A program made the translations under genes and the position numbers. A DNA stretch of 63,404 nucleotides, the filler included, from Octopus bimaculoides (Eukaryota): assembly GCF_001194135.2 (NCBI RefSeq). It is 4 parts of 4 records of this genome, joined end to end, with 100 filler letters (N's around TTAATTAATTAA, not from the genome) between each part and the next. Parts side by side here need not be neighbours in the genome. Positions count along the whole stretch, not along the records: positions 27,970 to 54,300 come from NC_068981.1; positions 54,401 to 61,696 come from NC_068984.1; positions 61,797 to 63,404 come from NW_026404674.1; 1 more part is not named here. One strand, given 5' to 3'. The notes under the pieces were generated by a model. The model did no database searches, had not been told where the DNA came from, and saw only the letters and a list, made by a program, of their open reading frames with translations. Position 1 is the stretch's first letter; each line of letters begins with the position of its first letter. This document shows, in pieces, positions 51,992 through 63,404 of the stretch.

Positions 51992-52407
51992 TCCATCATC
52001 ATTGTTTTAACGTCTAGTTTTCCATGCTCGCTTGGGTCGGACGAAGATATCCTGCTGTCAGATGTGTTTACTATCATCAACTATGTCTGTTATTTCTAGG
52101 ACCTCGAGCAGTAACTTAAATGCTTCTTTCACTGTCAGGCCAATTTCAAGGTTCACTTGCTTCTAAACAAAACTCACATACTCCCCCACGAGCAGACATA
52201 TTTTCAGTAGATTATTGATGATGAATAAGAACATCGCTTGTTGGACAGTGACCCTCATTTACAACTCTCCTCCATGTCAAGACAAAAAGATACAAACAGC
52301 AGAAGCGATTACGAAGAGTTTATGCGTTCTCATATATATACATATATGGACACACACGATAGTTTTCTTTCAGTTTACGCCTACCAAAATAGGTTTGTAT
52401 AAATGAG

Positions 52408-52486
52408 GGCGGTTTAGCTTAATGGCTTAGAGCACCGCGACGCGTATTCACGCAGGTGTGAGTTCGAGTCTCATAGCCGGCCGCCA
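52408..52486 (+). pseudogene. tRNA-like pseudogene (anticodon position reads CGT; identity uncertain)
   Basis: Acceptor 5' GGCGGTT; D stem GCTT/GAGC; T arm GTGAG-TTCGAGT-CTCAT; 3' acceptor AGCCG[GCCG]CC-A with a 4-nt duplication; anticodon loop CGCGTAT lacks U33. Confidence 0.6.
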
Positions 52487-52490
52487 ACAC

Positions 52491-52496
52491 TTTTTT
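52491..52496 (+). terminator. Putative Pol III terminator (T6)
   Basis: TTTTTT 4 nt after the discriminator base of the tRNA-like sequence. Confidence 0.45.
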
Positions 52497-52645
52497 CTGC
52501 AAAATAGAGGTAGCTCATCCTGTTCAGGCTATATTATTAGCATTATCCTGCGTTTGAGAATTGAAAATCACTTCTTTAACTGCCTAAGACATCTCAACAC
52601 TTCTAAAGGAAACTTCGTTTGTTTGTTTACGTTTATCGTAATTTG

Positions 52646-52685
<40 letters not shown>

Positions 52686-53650
52686 TGAAGATGACATAAA
52701 CAGAAACAGAAGGTATGTTTTCGAGCGTAATTATCCTAGTAGTAAAATGAAACTGTTTAGATTAGAAATTGAAACCCTTGTTTATGAATGATACACAGAA
52801 GTCATGAGAGAAATAGAATTTGAACTACGTACTTCCATATTTAGAAATTCGCAAAGCAGAATCTTTTTGTACAGATTTGAATGAACGAATGGGTGTGGAC
52901 AAGTGTAGGTGTTCCATTGTTTCTGATAATGAAATTTGATTGTGCTCCAGTGTAGCTAGCTCTCCAGAATATGTAAATATGTAACTTAACTTCCATGGGA
53001 ATTTTCTTTATCTTACTAACCTTGTGTCCTGAAGTATATCTGTTTTATCTGTTTATTACAGAAAAAAAAAACGGTTTGTGGATACAGAATATTTGCTAAT
53101 GTATTACATATTTTTCAATACGGTATTATCAATCCTTGAATTAATTTACATCTTATCAGTGAAAGAGAAAAAAAAAAATCATAGTTTTATCACAGAACTT
53201 TAATGTTAGCTTGTAACAACAACCGTATAAATTTGACTTTGCTCGCTGAAATATATTTATTAGATTTTACATTCTCAGATAAATTTTCTTATTAAAAATC
53301 TCTATGTAATCGAGCCTGGATCTCAGAATGTTACACGTTCTTAAATCAGATAGGAAAAAACTTTCTTTCTCAGATGTGAAAGTTTACTGGAATTATACAA
53401 ACTGAGATTTCGCGCAATAGTAGTATGTGCCATACATTCGTGATGGAAAAGCTGCCACAACACATGTACATTCTACATGATATGTAAGAATTAGTAAATG
53501 ACAGTCGCAGTTGGGTTACCATTTGTTGTACGTAGAATGGATCATGCTTGACAATAGGCGAAATAGTAACAACTGGCGTTATTAATCAGTATGTACAATG
53601 AAAATATGAAATATTGAGGCCAATGAGCCATTCCTTGTGCAACCCCTCAC

Positions 53651-53673
53651 CCTGTGTGCTGGAGTATAGGTCA
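53651..53673 (-). other. Candidate 23-nt microexon
   Basis: tgtctctgctcatttcacAG | tgacctatactccagcacacagg | GTgagg; consensus-like sites on both sides. Confidence 0.25.
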
Positions 53674-54227
53674 CTGTGAAATGAGCAGAGACACAAGGCA
53701 TTTATACGCGGGAGATTGATTCTGTGAATCGTATTTGGTCATTGAAGTGTTCACCATACTTCTGTCCATTAAGTCTGAAGTGGCATAAACAACAAAAGCA
53801 AGAACGTCAATGTTCACGACGGCAAAATATGTTTTACTCTCAACTGGAAAAATTTCATTTACTACCATAAGAGTATGGAAACTTTAGAAAATGCAGTTCC
53901 AGATTTATAAAAGGATAAGATGGACACGACGGGAAGACTTTAGGGTTTGGGTTAAGGTTAGAGATCTTCTCATACAGAATCAGACAGGTAGAAACAAAAT
54001 CACCGTCATCACAAATGAAGCGCTACATTGATTGGTTGTTTAATGATTTCCATTCAATGATAATACTGGTTCACAGAGAAATTGAGACAGACATAAAAAT
54101 AGTTGTTCTAGCCTAATTTTCGGTACTGATTTCACTCACCACCTCTAGTTTTTGAGATATACATCATTATAATTTTGCGACAATTCACGTAACCATACAC
54201 ATAATCAATTTTTATTTTGTTTTCCAG

Positions 54228-54300
54228 ATTTTTGTGATACATATGATACATATCTCTACAATGGCTTCAAACACTTCAAAAAATCGAGGAAACATCAAAA
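54228..54300 (+). other. Candidate exon start running into an N-gap
   Basis: Strong acceptor tttttattttgttttccAG at 54227; acaATGg at 54261 opens MASNTSKNRGNIK. Confidence 0.25.
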
Positions 54301-54464
54301 NNNNNNNNNNNNNNNNNNNNNNNNNNNNNNNNNNNNNNNNNNNNTTAATTAATTAANNNNNNNNNNNNNNNNNNNNNNNNNNNNNNNNNNNNNNNNNNNN
54401 GATTGACCGTTGACTGAACACTATTCAATTTTTTTTCTCCGTGTTTTTCTCCTTGTCTCCGTAT

Positions 54465-54501
54465 TCTTTCTGTTGAAGAGCGTAGCTCGAAACGTCAAAG
54501 A
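54465..54501 (+). ncRNA. Type I hammerhead with variant core (CUGUUGA)
   Basis: tcttt CTGTTGA A GAGC gta GCTC GAAA CG TC aaaga. All three stems perfect, GUC site, single core change A6->U. Confidence 0.7.
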
Positions 54502-54589
54502 CTTTCCGTATTCCCGAGCGTCATACTAATATATACTTTTGTTATTTACACCACCTGTCCTCGTCTGTTGTTATTATTTGTATATTCTC

Positions 54590-54629
<40 letters not shown>

Positions 54630-55099
54630 TCTGAGTTGTTTGAATTTAGTCGAGGTCAATATTGCCTTTCATTCTTTCGGAATCGATAAAAAAAATAATT
54701 GAATAGCAATCCAAGGCTTTGAACGTGTGGGGCTTAAACAATGTCGGAGCGGCTTCAGTGCAATAATTGTCCTGGCGCTTTGCATTCAGAGATGCAGTCC
54801 ATCTATAGCCTACTAGACTGATAAACTGAATTTGTCGCCCAGTTTGACACAAACGCCTTTCTCTTCGTGATGCTAATCTCCAATTTATGACAATCATTAA
54901 AATTGGGTCGCCTCCGCTATAAGCATACCTTCTTCACGCCCTCCCTTCCTTGCTTCTTTACATTCTCGAGGTCCTTATTAGGGGTCATAGGTACTGTTTT
55001 CAATCTTGACCAAGAAGATAAAGTAAAACGTTGGTCGTTGTATACGTCACCCTTAATAGAGTTCTCTCCTCTTTTTAGTTATCGTCACCGCAATCGTTG

Positions 55100-55952
55100 G
55101 TTGGCATTCATCGTCATCGTCATCGTCGTCGTTATCGTCCTCTTCATCATCATAGGCACTCTTTCTTCGTCATAATCATCATCATCGTTATCATCCCCCT
55201 CCGCCTCATCATCATCATCTTAGACTCTCTTTCCTCTTCTTCCTTATCATCATCATCATCTTAGACTCTGTTTCCTCCCCTTTCTCCTCCTCCTCCCTCT
55301 TATTATCATCATCTTAGACTCTCCTCCTCCTCATCGTCACCGTTCGCTTCTTCTTCTTCTTCTTCTTCTTCTTCTTCTTCTTCTTTTCCTCTTCTTCTTC
55401 TTCTTCTTCTTCTTCTTCTTCTTCTTCTTTTCCTTCTTCTCCTTCTTCTTCTTCTTCTTCTTCTTCTTCTTCTTCTTCTTCTTCTTCTTCTTCTTCTTCT
55501 TCTGTGTCTNNNNNNNNNNNNNNNNNTTCTTCTTCTTCTTCTTCTTCTTCTTCTTCTTCTTCTTCTTCTTCTTCTTCTTCTTCTTCTTCCCCTTCATTAT
55601 CACCATTATCAAAACCGTCGCAACTATTGACGCCATGATATTTTGTGATAATCTGTCTTTGGTTTCTTTATAATTCTACCTTCAACGATCCCTTAATCCT
55701 TCTATTTATCCCTCTGCCCTCTCCTCTTCTCCTACTCCTATTCTTCTCTCCACTCATCCTGATGCTTCAAATACTCTTTTGTCATCCCTCCTAACTAGCA
55801 TTTCAGTTATCATCATCATCACCATCATCATCATGACCACCACCACCACCACCACCACCACCACAACCATCATCATCATCATCATCATCATCGTCATCCT
55901 CCTCCTCCTCCTCCTCCTCATCATCATCATCGTCATCATCATCATCATCAAC

Positions 55953-55988
<36 letters not shown>

Positions 55989-56464
55989 GTTCCTATCTTC
56001 ACCTTCGTTACCGTCACCACCATTGCTATCATATCTTTGTCATTATCATGAACATCATCATCATTAAGATCATCATAATCATATGGAAATGATAATGATC
56101 ATCATCATCGTCGTCATCGTCATCATCATCATCATCATCGTCATCATCATCATCATCATCATCATTGTTGTCTTCATCGCCATCATCCCCACCCTCGGCC
56201 TCCACGTGGTCACAGCCATCACCACCACCACAACCACCATCAATACTCCACCAACTCGACCAAATAAGCGAGACTTTATGTGGCCGCTGACTCTGTTAGA
56301 AATAGCAATCAAATGGCTCTTTAATCACACGCTACCACCTTAAAAGAAGGAAGGACACCTTATATAATATTGTCCCAGATATCCTCAAAAGTCGGGAGGG
56401 TTACACATAGAAAGAAACCTATCAATATTTTTTCCACCAGGATTGGCTAAGGACTAAACACAAG

Positions 56465-56500
<36 letters not shown>

Positions 56501-56546
56501 GAGCCCCCACTAACACCACCACCACCACCACTGCTGCTACTACTAT

Positions 56547-56585
<39 letters not shown>

Positions 56586-56619
56586 AACTATTGCTGCTAC
56601 TATTACTATTTCTACTCTT

Positions 56620-56676
<57 letters not shown>

Positions 56677-56772
56677 ATACTGCTGCTACTACTACTATTT
56701 CTTCAACTACTGCTTCTACTGCTACTACTACCACTACTTCTTCAACAACTGCTACTACTACTACTAATAATA

Positions 56773-56822
<50 letters not shown>

Positions 56823-56958
56823 CGACAGCTTTCATAACCATCGTCGTACTAATCTCAGTCAGCTATTCTCTCTGTGGCAACTAGCATCAGCGTTCACGAC
56901 ATTATCACCGTTAGAGTGTGAACATCTTCGTTATCACAATCGACAATTGGTGCCTTTT

Positions 56959-56997
<39 letters not shown>

Positions 56998-57024
56998 TTG
57001 ATGATGCTGCTGCTGATGATGATG

Positions 57025-57086
<62 letters not shown>

Positions 57087-57307
57087 CTCTTCTAACTATG
57101 GCACAAGTCTAGTAATTTCAGTGGGGTATGTTAGACGATTGCATCTATCTAAGCTTTCAAATGTTACTTCATTTTTTTCGATCCGAAAATGAGGAAGTGC
57201 ATACTCGACCTCGGGGAAATTTGAACTTAGAACATTAAGCTAACGATTCTGCAAGCTCACCGCCTTTAACAACTTGCAGTAGTAGCAGCAACAGCAACAG
57301 TGGCAGT

Positions 57308-57372
<65 letters not shown>

Positions 57373-57420
57373 CAGCAGCAGCACCACCACCAGTAGCAGT
57401 AGTAGTAGTAGTAACGGTTT
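55100..57420. repeat. Compound trinucleotide microsatellite field
   Basis: Successive (ATC)n, (TTC)n, (TCC)n, (ACC)n, (ACT)n, (ATG)n, (AAT)n, (AGC)n and (AGT)n blocks. Confidence 0.95.
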
Positions 57421-57640
57421 CAAATTTTGGCACGGGGCCAGCAATTTCGTGAGAGAGGATAAATCGATTACATCGATCCCAGTACTCAAACGGTACTTAT
57501 TTTATCGACCCCGAAAGGAGTATGCTGTTCTCTCAATCGAGGTCGACTTCGGCGGAGTCTGAACTTACAGCCAAATGACGGAGGAAATGCCACTAAGCAT
57601 TTTCTGGTAGTCCTAACGGTCTGCTAGCAAGCTTTAATAA
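57415..57640 (-). mobile_element. SINE family C
   Basis: ggtttcaaattttggcac...cttattttatcgaccccgaaagg...gtcgacttcggcgga; a shorter fragment lies at about 57190-57275. Confidence 0.8.
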
Positions 57641-57644
57641 TAAT

Positions 57645-58190
57645 AACACGTGCCATGATGTAATACACGGCTGCGGGTCCTATGGCTTCTGATCTTAACT
57701 AATTGGAAGTGTTATCATGTACATTGTTTTATCTTGGTATAAAAGATGGGCTACAGCAAATATTCTGCCCAATACCACACATTTACTTGTCAGATGTTTG
57801 ACCTTAACTAGCTGAGCATGTCCCCTGGTGACTGACGATATGTGCATGCCTGATCACGAGCAGAAGTAGTGGCGGAGCATCATACCCATATGCTGAGAGG
57901 AATTTTTGGGGGCTTGAATAATACACCTCTGGAAACATTGGTGTTTTGTTCAACACCCTTAAACTACCTTTATTCAGACACCTTTTGAGCAGGATGGGCT
58001 ACTCAACCTGAAGAAAATTCTAACTAGGCCCCACCAGTTAGAATCATGCGCTGTTTATCTTGTCGCGTACATATGGTTATGATGCAAGTGCCTGGTGTAC
58101 CGTTATCAGACGGGTAGTCATGATGGGTATTCTGGGCTTCGTATATTTTACCCTGGTGTCACTTTGATGGCATGCATTGCTCTCTCACTC

Positions 58191-58266
<76 letters not shown>
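57645..58266 (+). mobile_element. Unclassified retroposon 3' region with an (AAT)n tail
   Basis: About 550 bp of GC-richer non-coding sequence ending ctctctcactc(aat)n; the end is repeated at 58426-58510. Confidence 0.45.
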
Positions 58267-58479
58267 NNNNNNNNNNNNNNNNNNNNNNNNNNNNNNNNNN
58301 NNNNNNNNNNNNNNNNNNNNNNNNNNNNNNNNNNNNNNNNNNNNNNNNNNNNNNNNNNNNNNNNNNNNNNNNNNNNNNNNNNNNNNNNNNNNNNNNNNNN
58401 NNNNNNNNNNNNNNNNNNNNNNNNNTGGGCTTCGTATATTTTACCCCAGTGTCACTTTGATGGCATGCACTGCTCTCTC

Positions 58480-58483
58480 ACTC

Positions 58484-58514
<31 letters not shown>

Positions 58515-58558
58515 TAATAATAATGATGATCGTGATGATGATGATGATGATGATGATG

Positions 58559-58598
<40 letters not shown>

Positions 58599-59910
58599 CC
58601 ATGAGGACGACGAAGACGACAGCGGAAACGACGTGTACGGTGAAGACGACAAAGACGAGGTCGACAATGGTGATAATTTCTCGCATTGGCTACAAGGGCC
58701 AAAGACATTGAGAAATAATATCAAATGACGAAATGCATCAAACAAAAAAAAATATGACGTTTTCACATCACACAAAGAAGAAAAAAACAATAATCAACAA
58801 CAACAACGAAGAAGAAGAAGAAGAAGAGGTTGGTGATGGGAAGGAAGGACGATGATGAGAAGGAGGGAGAAAGGGAAGAAGCACCTATAATGTCCAGTGG
58901 TGTTCGAGCTTCTGTAATATCTCTAGCGTTATTATTATTATCATGATGGTCGATCTTCGCTTTTGCTTTTATTTTTCATTTTTTTCCTTGTCATTTCCCC
59001 AGAACAAAGTGACATTTCAACAGGTCTGTACTGATTGAAACTAAATGCATTTGCATAATTAATCTTTTGACGTCATCAAACACCTTCTCAATATCATTCA
59101 TTACTTGCCAGTCTTGCTGTTATTCTTGTTGATTTTGACGTTTTTGTGGTGGTGGTGGTGGTGGTGGCCGTCGTCGTCGTCGAGGTGGCTGTTCTATTGT
59201 TGTAGTTGTTGATCTCATTGTAGGTTTGTAGCTGTTCTTGGCTGTTGCTACTGAGTCGTTATTGGTTGTGATTATGACGGCTTTTTTGTAAAGATACGTC
59301 TAGTTTACTGTGATGGTTGTCTCGTCTTTATTTGATTGATTGATGTTATTGTTACTACTGCTGTTACTGCTGTTGTTTTTGTTCTTGTTGTTCTTCTTTT
59401 CCTTATCTTTCTTCACCTTCACCTCCTCCTTCTCTTTCTTCTTGAAGTTGTTGTTGTTGTCATGGTGGTGGTCGTTGCCGTTGTTGTCGTCATCCACGAT
59501 ACTAGTTTTGGTAAAAGGTATTGGTTGCGACGCAAGTAAGCAACGTTCAAAGTAGGTGAAGCTGTTAGCAGTGATGTCGGACCTTAGGAGGTCGTCACTG
59601 GCGATGGCTATGTTGTTGTTAATCACAGTAATAACAGCGTTGGTTGAGATGGCAATGCTTAAAAAAGTGTTTGGACGACTGTATTGGTATTGGTAAAAGT
59701 TTCTTGTACGACTAATGAAGCTAGTAGTGGAGACGGGGATGTCGGTGATAACGGATTTCATACTGGGTGAAATATCATTAGTACATTTAAATGGCGTTGT
59801 TGCTACGGTCATTGCTGCGGATTTTATTCTGGTACTGTTTGGTTGTTGATATTTTGTTGTCGATTATCGTGGTGGTGGTCGTTGTTGTTGCTGTTGTTGT
59901 TGTTGTTTCT
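58480..59910. repeat. Second compound or cryptic trinucleotide repeat field
   Basis: (AAT)n, (GAT)n, (CAT)n, (GAA)n, (GTG)n and (TTG)n blocks with degenerate triplet spacers. Confidence 0.85.
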
Positions 59911-60059
59911 TGGTGGTAATTCAACTTGTTCGTGTTTTATTCTCGCAGGTGGATGCATGCATGCAAACTGCTAAATGCCAGGATCACGTTAACTACAATT
60001 TAATATTTAAAATGCCCATGTATATATATATATATATATACATATATATACATATACAT

Positions 60060-60114
<55 letters not shown>

Positions 60115-61095
60115 NNNNNNNNNNNNNNNNNNNNNNNNNNNNNNNNNNNNNNNNNNNNNNNNNNNNNNNNNNNNNNNNNNNNNNNNNNNNNNNNNNNNNN
60201 NNNNNNNNNNNNNNNNNNNNNNNNNNNNNNNNNNNNNNNNNNNNNNNNNNNNNNNNNNNNNNNNNNNNNNNNNNNNNNNNNNNNNNNNNNNNNNNNNNNN
60301 NNNNNNNNNNNNNNNNNNNNNNNNNNNNNNNNNNNNNNNNNNNNNNNNNNNNNNNNNNNNNNNNNNNNNNNNNNNNNNNNNNNNNNNNNNNNNNNNNNNN
60401 NNNNNNNNNNNNNNNNNNNNNNNNNNNNNNNNNNNNNNNNNNNNNNNNNNNNNNNNNNNNNNNNNNNNNNNNNNNNNNNNNNNNNNNNNNNNNNNNNNNN
60501 NNNNNNNNNNNNNNNNNNNNNNNNNNNNNNNNNNNNNNNNNNNNNNNNNNNNNNNNNNNNNNNNNNNNNNNNNNNNNNNNNNNNNNNNNNNNNNNNNNNN
60601 NNNNNNNNNNNNNNNNNNNNNNNNNNNNNNNNNNNNNNNNNNNNNNNNNNNNNNNNNNNNNNNNNNNNNNNNNNNNNNNNNNNNNNNNNNNNNNNNNNNN
60701 NNNNTTAACTACAATTTAATATTTAAAATGCCCATGTATATATATATATATATATATACATATACATACATATAAAGGGAGTGAGAGGGAGATAATGGAT
60801 CAGCCGTCGGTTTTCGTGATGAGCATTTCTTGATAGCTCAAATGATCGAACTGAACCATCATTTCGGTAGCATGAATCCGTGAGTAGTATTCCACAGATA
60901 TAGACCGATATAACGCAATTCTCAAACAGTATCAGTATGATCCGATATGTGACGATCCTGGATTTCAAAGTACAGAATTTATCAACCCTTTGGCCTTCAA
61001 TCACAAAGTTTCGCTTGTCCAGTTTTCACTCACAACGATATATAGAATATAAATATACAATATATAAATATATAAACATATAAATATACACAGTT

Positions 61096-61585
61096 CAAAA
61101 AGCAAAATTCTGATGGTGTGTGTTTGGTGGTCTGGCGCTGGTGTGATGTATTATGATTTCATTAAACCCGGCTCATCCATCTCGGCCGATTGAACCATAT
61201 GATGCAGAAACTTACAAAAAAAACCAAAAAAAAAACCCAGTCTAGATTAGTCAACAGATCCACTTCTATTTTATTGCAAGACAACACCAGACTACATATT
61301 GCAAAAATGACATTGGCGAAACTACAGGAACTGGAGTTGGAAGTTCTCCATCATCCACCATACTCACCCGATCTTGCTCCAACTGACTACGACTTCTTCC
61401 AGAATTTGGATAATTTTTTGATAGGAAAGAAATTTAATTCCGACGATGCTGCAAAAGAGGACTTCCAAGATTTTATTGACTCTAGATTGCCAGGCTTTTA
61501 CAGTTCCGGGCTGGACAAGCTACCATTGAAATGGCAAAAGTGTATAGACGATATGGGTGCATATTTTGATGAATAAAGTTATTCC
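61096..61585 (+). mobile_element. mariner DD34D transposase C-terminal fragment
   Basis: ILLQDNTRLH...VLHHPPYSPDLAPTDYDFF (34 residues between the 2nd and 3rd D), KWQKCIDDMGAYFDE*; upstream VWWSGAGVMYYDFIKPG out of frame. Confidence 0.92.
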
Positions 61586-63404
61586 TTGTATTTATAAAAC
61601 ATTAGCAAACATCTTTCTTTTCTACAAATTCTATACTAGACGATCTAATACATACATATATACATACATACATACATACATACATACGTATATATANNNN
61701 NNNNNNNNNNNNNNNNNNNNNNNNNNNNNNNNNNNNNNNNTTAATTAATTAANNNNNNNNNNNNNNNNNNNNNNNNNNNNNNNNNNNNNNNNNNNNTTCG
61801 GATTGAATGATAAGAAATAAAGCAGGATAGCCGTAATTGGAGTATTTTTGACCATAGATGTAATCATTCATGGCTGACCCAAGGCAAACCAACAACAATA
61901 ACAACTTGTGCAATGATATTTAATGAACACAAGGGAAGTTTGTTGGTAGAGGTGTTAAAGCGTTGGATCATATTTGAAATTGCAAATCCTATCGAATGAA
62001 ACATTGCCTTTTATTGCACCGGGTTCGGTAATTGGAGTACATTGTTTGTCCCTCACCACCGCTTGGCAATCAGCATTGGTTTGTTTACGTCTCCATAATG
62101 TAGCAGTTCGGCAATAAGAAATCGATCGAATAAGTATCAGGCTTAGATAGAATATTTGTGCTGGTGTTCATTTATTGATTTATTTAATGAACACAAGGGT
62201 GGTGTATTGGCAGAGAGGTTAGAGTGTTGGATAGAATGCTTCGCAGTGTTTGAGGATGAAAATCCTGTCGAGAGCTACATTGCCTTTTATTGCACCAGGG
62301 TCAATAAATGAAGTACAGTTTAAAATATTGGATCGATTAAATCGACTAACTGTTCTTCTAATTTTCTAACCTTCTGCCTATCTTAGAAACAGCGTTAGCA
62401 CAAATACATAACCGAAGAACGTGTCTTTGGATTTGCTTAAACGATTCTGGTGGCCAAAATTGTTAATTGCTCCCTCCCAATTAGAAAAAAATTCCCATTG
62501 TTTTTCAACCCATATATGTGACTTTTTTGCATCACTGAAGACTGTGCCTTTGAATCTTTTCACATCATAATGGTGGACATGATTTATAAATTCCCATGCC
62601 TATATAAAAGGGAGAAAAAAAAACTTTCTTTTTCTTTCAAACAGAATCTGTAGTCTCTGGGTCTTTTAGGAATAAAAATAAGTGACCCTTGTTTAGTTCT
62701 AAAGATTCTTTTGGTAAAGGAAATTTGGCATTTCCATTATATTATCAGTAGAGTGAATATTTTTCCACCACCCATCTACCTCTTTCTCTCCCTTTCATTC
62801 CAATGCAATTTATTTTTCTCTTCCTCTCATTTCTTTCCCGTTCTATCTGTCCTACTTTATTATGTATGCACACTCACATACACGTATATACGCATACACA
62901 TAGTATCAATTATGTATGCTCACACGCATGTACGCGAACTTGTATTAATGTTTTTGATATATNNNNNNNNNNGTATGCTCACACGCATGTACGCGAACTT
63001 GTATTAATGTTTTTGATATATATATATATAATGTATGTGTGTATGTGCGTGCGTGTGTGTGTTTTGGAGGGGGTGTATGTATCTGNNNNNNNNNNNNNNN
63101 NNNNNNNNNNNNNNNNNNNNNNNNNNNNNNNNNNNNNNNNNNNNNNNNNCTGTGTAACGAAGATGAGCTCAGACAAACTGACTTAGAATGGCTATGTATT
63201 TGGACAATAAAACCGAATAAGATCGTCTTAAGTAGCCTATATCACAGATATTTGGTCTATTGAAATTATTTTCGGTTTCAGGGATAGTAGAACAATCGTT
63301 TGGTGTCAGTTGGGATCAACTCCAAATGAGAAGAAACAAGGACTTCAAGAACCAAACATTTTCCAAAATTGATGTCATTAAGGAAAAGCAGCTCAATTCC
63401 CTGT

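Noticed and set aside
51874-52080. Homopolymeric ORFs (poly-M/R/I/L/K/N; also 55.3-58.7 kb)
   Set aside because: Translations of triplet microsatellites
53671-53868. 65-aa minus-strand ORF
   Set aside because: No homology recognised, it ends before the strong donor, and it overlaps a better acceptor signal
58131-58510. Repeated retroposon 3' end across a gap
   Set aside because: It differs at a few positions but straddles a gap; allelic overlap cannot be separated from a true tandem copy
60790-61035. GC-richer segment with a 93-aa minus-strand ORF
   Set aside because: Probably a decayed transposon, but no diagnostic motif could be identified

Overview
AT-rich, gappy eukaryotic genomic DNA dominated by microsatellites and transposon debris. 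It is most likely an octopus scaffold; this is an inference from the tRNA-derived SINE families and repeat style, not a database match. No host gene can be named. A few splice-site-bounded open frames (about 37-44 kb and 53-54 kb) may be exons, and most ORF-track entries are artefacts of microsatellites or N-gaps. Recognisable content: four tRNA-headed SINE families; dead mariner (DD34D), maT (DD37D) and Tigger/pogo transposases; R4/Dong-type REL LINE fragments; Penelope-like elements (PLEs, RT + GIY-YIG); a long-TIR foldback element; a 28-bp minisatellite; and a tRNA-like pseudogene. The most striking pattern is ten type-I hammerhead ribozyme (HHR) motifs, three with intact catalytic cores. 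Three non-coding HHR-bearing units of 352, 361 and 475 bp occur as partial tandems, two of them with a 5' inversion, as expected for non-autonomous PLE-mobilised retrozyme-like elements. Two sequence-unrelated families share the same non-canonical HHR fold: a C.A mismatch closing stem II, a palindromic stem III, and a 6-bp stem I followed by a 3x1 internal loop.
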